Origin: an archaeon | GTDB taxonomy: Archaea; Nanobdellota; Nanobdellia; Pacearchaeales; GW2011-AR1 | NCBI GenBank assembly: GCA_043797265.1 | Contig: JAZDPV010000009.1 | Span: forward strand, 1-30,157 | Reading direction: 5' to 3' | Length of the DNA stretch: 30,157 nucleotides | Part shown: positions 18,189-26,300 of the stretch, one piece after another | Layout of the letters: every line of letters starts with the position of its first letter | Position numbering within the stretch: the first letter of the stretch is position 1 | Program-made: the position numbers and the translations under genes | Notes under the pieces: generated by a model | Told to the model about the DNA's origin: nothing | The model's input: the letters and a program-made list of their open reading frames with translations, nothing else | The model's database searches: none

Positions 18189-18454
18189 AATTCCATTCCG
18201 TGAGAAATCGATTTTTTCAAATTTGAATTTTCGTTGTAAACCCATGTTATTCCCTTTAGCGTTGCTGCGATTTTGTTGCTTCTTTCAAGATATTCGAGAA
18301 TGACCATTAGTGTGAGATGATTGACTTGTCGAGGGAGTTTTCTTTTTAGTTCGGCGATTGAGATAATGCTTTCGTTCATTTTTTTTAGAGCGTCCTCTAC
18401 CATGATTACTGTGTTTAATGTTGGCCAGTGAATTGGATTTTTATTTTGTTGCAT
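18185..18454 (-). CDS. Winged-helix-like protein, putative antitoxin
   Basis: PTLNTV...KLPRQV...ILEYLERSNKIA; paralog of 7051-7332. Confidence 0.65.
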   Translation of the reverse strand: MQQNKNPIHWPTLNTVIMVEDALKKMNESIISIAELKRKLPRQVNHLTLMVILEYLERSNKIAATLKGITWVYNENSNLKKSISHGMEL

Positions 18455-18570
18455 GTTCGTCTTTTTTAGTTATTTATTTGTATCTATTTTGTATGTTCTT
18501 GTATTTATATATTTTTTGTTTTCAACTCAATCTCATAAATTCTTATAAAGGCTGAGGTTTATTTCATCTG

Positions 18571-19197
18571 ATGGAAAATGCGGTGCCGGTTGGGACGGAG
18601 ATTCGGAAAAGGAATGTTGCGTATAAGTTGCGGATTGGAGATATTTTGAAGGGACGACCGATGGTCAGCGAGGGGAAATTTTTGTTTTTGGAATTGGGGG
18701 ACAGAAAGATTGTGAGAGTTAATGTTCTTGCGAATTGTGTTGATAAGTTTGTGCAGAGTGGGGAAAAGAAGTATGCGACGTTGACGGTTGATGACGCGTC
18801 GGGGCAGTTCAAGTTGAAGGCGTTTGGGGATGATGTTGAGATGTTTCGGGATATTGTGCAGGGGGACACGCTGCAGATTATTGGGAATGTGCGGGAGTGG
18901 AATGGGGAGTTGTATGTGATTGCCGAGGTCGTGAAGAAAGTTGATTCGCGGTGGTTGTTGGTGCGGAAGCTGGAGATTCAGAATTCGAGGAAGGATATGC
19001 CGATTGAGAGCTTGGGATTGAAGGGAAAGATTATGGAAAAGATTAAGGCGGCTGAGACGGACGGGGGAGTTGATGTTGATTCGATTATCATGGATGTTGA
19101 GGCGAGTCCGGATGTGATTAATGGCGAGGTTAAGAAGTTGCTTGAGGAAGGTTTGATTTATGAGCCGAGACCGGGGCGGCTTAGATACTTAGGGTAG
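18571..19197 (+). CDS. OB-fold ssDNA-binding protein, RPA32/RPA2-like
   Basis: RVNVLA..V, TVDDASG, IIGNVREWNGE (OB fold) and C-terminal winged helix LLEEGLIYEPRPG. Confidence 0.82.
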   Translation: MENAVPVGTEIRKRNVAYKLRIGDILKGRPMVSEGKFLFLELGDRKIVRVNVLANCVDKFVQSGEKKYATLTVDDASGQFKLKAFGDDVEMFRDIVQGDTLQIIGNVREWNGELYVIAEVVKKVDSRWLLVRKLEIQNSRKDMPIESLGLKGKIMEKIKAAETDGGVDVDSIIMDVEASPDVINGEVKKLLEEGLIYEPRPGRLRYLG

Positions 19198-19284
19198 TCC
19201 TGGACGAGAACGGACTTCATCCTTAAGAATTAAGAACGCTTCGTTGTAGAACAAAAATTCTAAAATAATTTTCTGCAGATTTAA

Positions 19285-19403
19285 TTAAATTTCTTCTAAA
19301 TCTAAGTCGTCGCCGAGCATTGCTTCTTCCTGTGCTTTTGATTTTCTTCGGGTCTCCTGTCTTTCTCGCGCTTTTTTCATTTCGACTAAATCGTTGAGAG
19401 TTA
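19285..19403 (-). pseudogene. Displaced duplicate 3' end of the MBF1-like gene
   Basis: Reads TLNDLVEMKKARERQETRRKSKAQEEAMLGDDLDLEEI* versus ...GDDLNLEMDEI* in the intact gene. Confidence 0.8.
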
Positions 19404-19408
19404 TAATG

Positions 19409-19642
19409 TTATAATTTTTCTACAAGATTGTTGTACTCTTCTTTTGTGAGATTAATTTGTTTTAGAATTTCTAATGTTAGTCCTTTGCCTAAATTTTCAT
19501 TGTCATGGATTGGGACGACTGTTTTTTTGCCGTCAGGATGTTTGAATCTTATATGACTTCCTTTTCCGTAGATTTTTTTGAAGCCAAGTTTTTCCAAAAG
19601 TTTGCACATTTGTTTTCCTGAGATTGTTTTGAGTTTCGGCAT
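19409..19642 (-). CDS. hicA: HicA-family toxin (mRNA interferase)
   Basis: LEKLGF...GSHIRFKHPDG..TVVPIH..L.KG...ILKQ. Confidence 0.9.
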   Translation of the reverse strand: MPKLKTISGKQMCKLLEKLGFKKIYGKGSHIRFKHPDGKKTVVPIHDNENLGKGLTLEILKQINLTKEEYNNLVEKL

Positions 19643-19643
19643 T

Positions 19644-19874
19644 TTAAATTGTTTGAGGTTTTTCTATTTGAACTCTTTGTATCCCAATGAATTTCATTGG
19701 GTTTATGTTTTCTTTGTCGGCTTCGAGACAGACTTCTATTGCTTCTTTGATTCTTTCAATTACTTCTTGTAGAGTTTTTCCTTGGGTGTAGCATCCTTCG
19801 ATTTCTAGAGCTTTTGCTACGTAGATTCCGTCTTCATCTTGTTCAATTATTACGTCGAAGGTTTCTTTTTCCAT
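19644..19874 (-). CDS. hicB: Short HicB-family antitoxin
   Basis: IEQDEDG.YVA....EGCYTQGKTLQEVIERIKEAI; no C-terminal DNA-binding domain. Confidence 0.88.
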   Translation of the reverse strand: MEKETFDVIIEQDEDGIYVAKALEIEGCYTQGKTLQEVIERIKEAIEVCLEADKENINPMKFIGIQRVQIEKPQTI

Positions 19875-19918
19875 AATTAGTGTAATTTGAGATTGTATTT
19901 AAAGATTGTTGTTTGTGT

Positions 19919-20728
19919 TTAAATTTCATCCATCTCTAAATTTAAATCGTCGCCGAGCATTGCTTCTTCCTGGGCTTTTGATTTTCTTCGGGTCTCCTGT
20001 CTTTCTCGCGCTTTTTTCATTTCGACTAAATCGTTGAGGGTTACATTTGAGAGGTCTTCTCTTACTGAGAAATCTATTTCGCCTCTTGATAGTTTTTCGA
20101 GTTTTTCTTTTTTTTGTTCTAATATTTGTTCTTTCTTTTTTATTTTATCCAGTTTTGGCAGGCCCATTTTTTCCTGGACTTGTTTTAAAATTTCTTGTTC
20201 GTCGTCTTTTGTTCGCGTGAAGTTGATTTTTGTTTTATGATTTTTTAGAAGTTTTATGTCGAGAAATAGTTCGAGTTTGGCGAAGATTGGTTTGAAGTCT
20301 TTTGGGATTTTTCCTTTTTCGATTGCCTGAATTGTTTCTATCGGGATTTGAGTTTGTCTGGCGAGCTGGTTGACTGTGAGTTTTTTTCGACGGCGGGCGA
20401 TGTTGACCTCCCAGAAATAATTGTCGAGGACATCTTCGTTGAATTGTTTTTTTGGCGGGACTCTTAGTTTTGCGAGATTGCCCTGGGTAATTATTTGGTC
20501 TTCGCTGATTTCTGTTGCGTCTCTCATGCCTGACATTATTTCCATTCGTTTGCGAACGGAGAATCTTTCGTCGGCTTTGTTGAGTTGCGATTCGGACGGC
20601 TTTTGGATTATCGGGGTTCCTTCTTTTTCGGCGCATTCTTTGCAGATGTTGACCATTTCGTCTCTGAATATTCCCTCAAAAAGTTTGACTTCGTCCGATG
20701 ATTGCTTGCAAATTGCGCATCTTGCCAT
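19919..20728 (-). CDS. MBF1-like Zn-ribbon + XRE helix-turn-helix protein (extended)
   Basis: N-terminal CAIC...CKEC; ARRRKKLTVNQLA...IQAIEKG HTH; KLELFLDIKL. Confidence 0.72.
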   Translation of the reverse strand: MARCAICKQSSDEVKLFEGIFRDEMVNICKECAEKEGTPIIQKPSESQLNKADERFSVRKRMEIMSGMRDATEISEDQIITQGNLAKLRVPPKKQFNEDVLDNYFWEVNIARRRKKLTVNQLARQTQIPIETIQAIEKGKIPKDFKPIFAKLELFLDIKLLKNHKTKINFTRTKDDEQEILKQVQEKMGLPKLDKIKKKEQILEQKKEKLEKLSRGEIDFSVREDLSNVTLNDLVEMKKARERQETRRKSKAQEEAMLGDDLNLEMDEI

Positions 20729-20777
20729 AAATTTAGAGGTGGAAAGTTATTTTTAAAGAATGTTGTGATGGAATATA

Positions 20778-21434
20778 TTATGTAAGGAATGGCTGGATTT
20801 GGTCGAGATTGTTGAGGTCGTGGATTATGTGTTTTTCGTTTATGATTATTGTCGGGGTTTGGGTTATGTTGTAAACTTCTTTAAGGATATCGAGGGAAAG
20901 TATGTTCATATCGGCTGCGATTGGAATTAGGATGGCGTCGGGATTTTGTTTTTTGATTTCGGTCAGATAGTTGCTTATTGTTTTTTGTGTTGATATTGTC
21001 CCGATGTCTTCGGCTTTGTATTTGTAAAGGTAAATTATTGTGTTAACTGGTTCGGTGCATTGTTTTTTATTTTCGATTATTTTTTTCCAGAGGATTGTCC
21101 TGAGAAGGTCGTATCTTTTGTGAAGATGAATGACTCTGTCGGTGATTTTGTTTGAGTTGTCGTATTGTTCGAGTTTTTTTGCTTCTTCATAAATTCTGTC
21201 CGCGAATATTATTGCTTCTTCGTTCAGGCGGGAACAGTCTATATTTTCGTTGAATATCAAACTGGAGGCCGTCTCGAAATCGGAGATGCTCGTTTCGGAG
21301 TCGGAGTAGAAGGCCGTGATTTCGGCGACTCTTGAATCTTCGAAGAATATCCCGATTAAAATTCCGGACCAGAATATTATCAGGGTTATAATTAGCGCCT
21401 GCCAAAATGAATGCTTGTTTGCTGTCATCTCCAT
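20778..21434 (-). CDS. Membrane-anchored hypothetical protein, possible degenerate thioredoxin-like C-terminus
   Basis: N-terminal TM helix and YNITQTPTIIINE motif. Confidence 0.7.
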   Translation of the reverse strand: MEMTANKHSFWQALIITLIIFWSGILIGIFFEDSRVAEITAFYSDSETSISDFETASSLIFNENIDCSRLNEEAIIFADRIYEEAKKLEQYDNSNKITDRVIHLHKRYDLLRTILWKKIIENKKQCTEPVNTIIYLYKYKAEDIGTISTQKTISNYLTEIKKQNPDAILIPIAADMNILSLDILKEVYNITQTPTIIINEKHIIHDLNNLDQIQPFLT

Positions 21435-22663
21435 CTGTAATCTCCTATTATGTATCGATATATTGATTTAAACCAAACGATTGGATATAGTGTTCCGTAT
21501 ATTACCAGGTAAAAGAGCATGTTAAAAAATCTTTTGGTGGAGAATTTTTCTTCGTATTTAGTTTTTCTGAGAATGTAGTGATAGAAAATCATTGATGTTA
21601 TAAACAGGATTGTCAGGTAGAAAATTAGGATTGATGGGTGATATGTGAAATCGGCGAAGTTGAAAATCGGGGCGTTGTATGCTGTTGATTTGAATGTTGT
21701 TAGCCCGGTCGTGATTAGAGATTTTGATATTAGATAAACCGAGAATAGGAATGTAAAAATGCTTAGGATTATGCTGGCAGCGACGAACGGGAGAACGAAT
21801 GCGCCGAAAAGCCCTTTGCGGAAAAAGAATTTTTTGTATTTTGATATGGCCTGGAGCCCGCCGAGTCCCCAACGTGTTCGTTGATTGAACCATGGTTTTA
21901 TTTTTGACGGGGCTTCTGTTGAAACTCTTGCGGAGAGAGACATTGCTGTCGCGTAATCTTTACTAATCATGTGCCATGTTATTTCGATGTCTTCCGTGAT
22001 GGATTTTTCGTCGAAGCCATTGATGTTGTTGAAAAATGTTGTTCGGTAAATGCTTAGCGGGCCGTTTGTGACATAGACGCTGTTGATGAAGTCCAGAAGT
22101 TTTCGGAAGAAGCCCAAAAACATATATTCCAGGGATTGGATTTTTGTGAGATATGATGTGTTGAGATTTCGAATTGTGACGAATGATGTGACCGCTCCCA
22201 TGTTTGGGTTATTGAAAAAGCCGACCATTTTTGAGACCGCATCTCTTTCTGGGAATGAATCAGCGTCGCTGAAACCGATTAATTCTGTTTTGACGAATTT
22301 TGCCCCGAAGTTTTTTGCTCCTGCGGCGTTGCCTGTGTTTTTTGGGGTCTGGACTAATTTTATTTTTGGGTGTTTCTCTGCGAATTTTTTTATTATTTCG
22401 AATGAGTTGTCTTTTGAGCTGTCGTCCACTACGATTATTTTTTGCAGGTTTGGGTAGTCTTGATTTAGCAGGGCTTTGAGATTGTTTATTATTGTCGAGC
22501 CCTCGTTGTAGCACGGGATAACTATGGAGATTGAATAATTTTTGTCGGGCCTTGGGGAGTGATAGAGTTCTTTGTGATTTTTTATTGTTAAAATTGAGAA
22601 GAGGGATAGGATGTATATTGCGATGAACATTATAGATAAGTAAATTATGATTACGATTTCCAT
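21425..22663 (-). CDS. Processive family-2 glycosyltransferase (cellulose synthase/PgaC-like)
   Basis: IPCYNE, VDDSSKD, DADS, TED and QRTRW (QxxRW), with flanking TM helices. Confidence 0.92.
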   Translation of the reverse strand: MEIVIIIYLSIMFIAIYILSLFSILTIKNHKELYHSPRPDKNYSISIVIPCYNEGSTIINNLKALLNQDYPNLQKIIVVDDSSKDNSFEIIKKFAEKHPKIKLVQTPKNTGNAAGAKNFGAKFVKTELIGFSDADSFPERDAVSKMVGFFNNPNMGAVTSFVTIRNLNTSYLTKIQSLEYMFLGFFRKLLDFINSVYVTNGPLSIYRTTFFNNINGFDEKSITEDIEITWHMISKDYATAMSLSARVSTEAPSKIKPWFNQRTRWGLGGLQAISKYKKFFFRKGLFGAFVLPFVAASIILSIFTFLFSVYLISKSLITTGLTTFKSTAYNAPIFNFADFTYHPSILIFYLTILFITSMIFYHYILRKTKYEEKFSTKRFFNMLFYLVIYGTLYPIVWFKSIYRYIIGDYRWR

Positions 22664-23229
22664 TATAATTGGGATTGTGATTTATCTTGGGATTCTTTTT
22701 TTTGGACATTGAAGTATTCGTAGAATTCTTCGGAGAGATTTAAAACTAAGGTGTGTCCTTCTTGTTTTGCGACGACGAGTCCGAGTTGGCGGAATTTTTT
22801 TATGTGGTCATAGGATTTGTTGCCCCGGATTTTTATTATGACTGATTGTTTTATTGGTTGCTTGTAGGCGATGACGGCGAGGGTTTCCTGTTCGGCTTTT
22901 GTGAATTCGGATGAGCCGGTTGCGAGTTTGTTGATTAGGTAATGGTATTTTTCTGCGACGTCCATTTTCCATGAGTTGTTTCGGTTGACTAAACGGAGAA
23001 TGCCGTGTGAGTATTTTTTTTCGAGACGGTGGAGAATTTCTTTTAGCATTATCGGGTTTATGTCGGTGAGCATAATTAACTCTTGTAGATTTAGAAATCT
23101 GCCTGCGATGAAAAGCGAGGCCTCGACTTTTTCTTCGGAATCTTTTTCCTTGTTTTCGAATTCATTTTCAATTTCCAGGGCTGTGGCTTCAGAAATAGTT
23201 GGGGATTGGGGGGCACCTTCTTTTTCCAT
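22663..23229 (-). CDS. scpB: SMC-Scp complex subunit ScpB
   Basis: VEASLF, ETLAVIAYKQPI, IRG and EEFYEYF. Confidence 0.92.
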   Translation of the reverse strand: MEKEGAPQSPTISEATALEIENEFENKEKDSEEKVEASLFIAGRFLNLQELIMLTDINPIMLKEILHRLEKKYSHGILRLVNRNNSWKMDVAEKYHYLINKLATGSSEFTKAEQETLAVIAYKQPIKQSVIIKIRGNKSYDHIKKFRQLGLVVAKQEGHTLVLNLSEEFYEYFNVQKKESQDKSQSQL

Positions 23230-23393
23230 ATAAGTTGTTGATAATGAAGTTTTAAAAGATTTGGTTTTAAAAATATTATTTTTGCAATTATTATTCTTTA
23301 TAAATTTTTTGTTTAATTTGTCAGTTACCCTACGGAATTTTTGTGGTGAAAATGTTTTTAAAGGAGTTACTCTACATGTTTTAGGAAAAAGAG

Positions 23394-26300
23394 ATGGCTT
23401 ATAAGAGATATTTTTATAGGAACGGGAAAAAGTTTGGACCTTATTATTACGAAAGTTATCGGGATGAAAATGGCGACGTGAAAAAGCGTTATATCGGAAC
23501 AGAAAATCCTGACAAGAAAAAAATTTCTGTGGGGAAACTGGTTTTGGGAGGACTGGTTTTGCTCGCGGTGGTTGCTGTTGTTTTTGTTTCTGTGCAAATG
23601 TCGGGTGAGAGAAATTTTTCTTTTGGCGGGAATGAATTAAATAAGGTTGGCGGGTTTGTTTCTAATTCTCTGTTGCGAATTGTCGGGCTTGTTGTTGACG
23701 ACGAGGAGTCGCAACCTTCGGTTGTGGATGACTCGGCTTCGGCGGATGACTCGACTGCGTCGGAGAGTTCGGATTTAGTGGAGAGTGAGGAAAGTGAAGT
23801 TGTTGCACCACAAGAAGAGGCGCCGGCTGAGGTTGTTGATGAGGAGGATGTTTTATTGGAAGAAGAACCGGAAGTTGTTGATGCTGGTTTGATTGGCGGG
23901 GCTGAGGAAATTGTTGACGATGGGGAAGAAAATGTGAGCGGGGAGGTTGAAGAAGTTGTTGAGGTTTTTGATGAGAATGTGAGTGAGATTATTGATGAAG
24001 AATTGAATGTTAGTGAAGGGGGGAATGAGAGTGTGGTTGAGGGGAATGAGAGTGTGGTTGTTGATGAAGAATTGAATGAGAGCGGGATGAATATTAGTGA
24101 GATTATTGATATTGAATTAAATGAAAGTGTGATTGGGTGGAATGTTACGGGAGAGGGGAATGAGAGCGGGATGAATGTTTCGGTTAAGCAATACAAGGCG
24201 GTCATTGAGAGAAGGGTAAAGTGGATTAAGAAAATTGTTGTGAATGAGAGCGGGAATGTGAATGTTGAGATTCCATTGAGTGCTGAGAATGTGACGATTA
24301 AAACCGGAAATGAGATTAATGAGGCAGAGGCGGAGATTGATGAGTATAATAATTTGGTTGATGAAGTTGGACGCGGGGATATTGCTGACGGGACGATTAC
24401 CGGATTTGTCGCGAAAGATATTAGGAACGGGAGGGGAATTTTTACGCGGTTGTGGATTTGGATTAAGGGGTTTACGATTTCCGGAAATGTGATTGACGAG
24501 GTTGAACTGGAATTGAGCGGGGATATTGTTGAAACTAATGATAGTAAAATTGTTAATTTAGATGATATTGTTGACGAGGAATTGACTAAGGGAGATGAAG
24601 CGAAGGTTGCGATTGAATATTATACGAAGGCCCCGACGGCTGAAGAAATAAATATATCGAGGGGCAAGAAAGTTGTTGTGAGTGCCGACGATGATTTGAA
24701 TTACACGGATATTTTGGCTTATAGTATTTTGGATAATCGGGTCGGGGTTAATTCATCTCGGTTGAAAGTGTATCATCTTGTGCCGATAATACAAGATGAA
24801 TCGGAAGTCCAAAGTCCCGTATTGGAAGATGTTGGGGAAAATGAGACAGAGAAGGATGAGAACAAGAATGAGAGCGAGGTTGTTGAAGATGTGAATGAAA
24901 GCATTGAAATTAATATTACAGAAATTGTTAATGAAAGTGTAGAATTAAATGAGAGCGTCGAGGTTGTGGAGAAAGTTAAAGAGGAGAAAAATAAGAGCGA
25001 GGTTGTGGAGAAAGTTAAAGAGGAGAAAAATAAGAGCGAGGAGAAAAAAGGGGGGGTTGTGGAGAAAGTTAAGGAGGAGAAAAATAAGAGCGAGGAGAAA
25101 AATATTAAGAAAGTTAATGGGGATGGAGGCAAAGGGAAAAAAGAGAAAGATGGCGAGGGGAATTTAAGTTTGGCTGGGATTAGCGGGAATGTTGTGTTGG
25201 ATGTTGGTGATAATGTTTCTATAGAGGAGAGTAAGCCGCAGATTACGCAGATTGACGCAGATTTTGTTGTGAGGGAGGAGGTTGAGTTTGATGTTTATGA
25301 TTTGGACGGAGATGGGTTTGTGGATTATGTCGAGTGGGTCGTGCCGCATTTGAGTAATCAGACTTATGAGATAATTTATATTGGCGGGGCGGAGCATTTG
25401 GATTCTAACAGGACTTTTGTCGAGGATGTTTATGAGAATGTCTCGGTTTTGGGTGATAATAAATCTGCTGTGATTCCTGATGGGGATTATTTGCGGGTTG
25501 TGTTTGAGAAGAATTTGACGAGGGAGAAGGATATTACGATTTATGCGCGGGCGAAAATCGAGGAGTCAGAAAACAGGAGTCAGGCTTCAGGGAATGTTAG
25601 TGTTTATCGGGAGGGGGGGGATGAGAGAATTGCTTTGTTTGAGAATATAACTAATTTGGGCGAGTTTGAAATGTATAAGATTTATTTGACTAACTTGGGA
25701 GAGAATGAGTCATTAGATACGTTTGATTTGAGGAGTTTTGGAGATGTTGAGTATGATTATGTTGTGGACCCGACGATAATTATTAGTGATGTTACTACGG
25801 GAGATTTGGTTAATGTGACGAAGGAAACCGGGGTTTCTAATCACACTCACTTAAACATTTCAAACACCGCTCCTTATGATAGTTTGGTTGGTTATTGGAG
25901 TTTTGATGGGGACTTGGAGAATACTGCTTTGACGACGGCTTATGATTGGAGTGGGGAGGGGAATGATGGGACTTATGCTGGGAATGTTGTTGCTAATTCT
26001 ACTGGTGGGAAGTATGGGGAAGGTTTGGTTTTGGATGGGACTGGGGATTATGTTGATTTGGGGGATGTTGATGAGTTCTCTTTTACTGATGGGGCTGGAA
26101 ACGATAAACCGTTCACCGTTTCGGCATGGATGTATACACCACTATCGACACCAGTAGGAACGATTGTTTCAAAACGTTGGGCATCAGGTGGTTATTATGA
26201 ATGGGATTTCTTTTTTAGTGGAAACAATCTTTATGTAGGGCTATATCATTATGATGATTCGGCACATATTGGAAGGTATGTAAACGCTGCGTCTGGTAGC

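Larger units (their letters stand above)
19295..20043. mobile_element. hicBA mini-islet flanked by 109-bp direct repeats (19295-19403 and 19935-20043)
   Basis: The repeats are 640 bp apart, have 4 mismatches, and match the 3' end of the MBF1-like gene. Confidence 0.7.

Noticed and set aside
23367-26157. Small ORFs on both strands within the giant gene
   Set aside because: They are alternative-frame shadows of the continuous plus-strand CDS starting at 23394.
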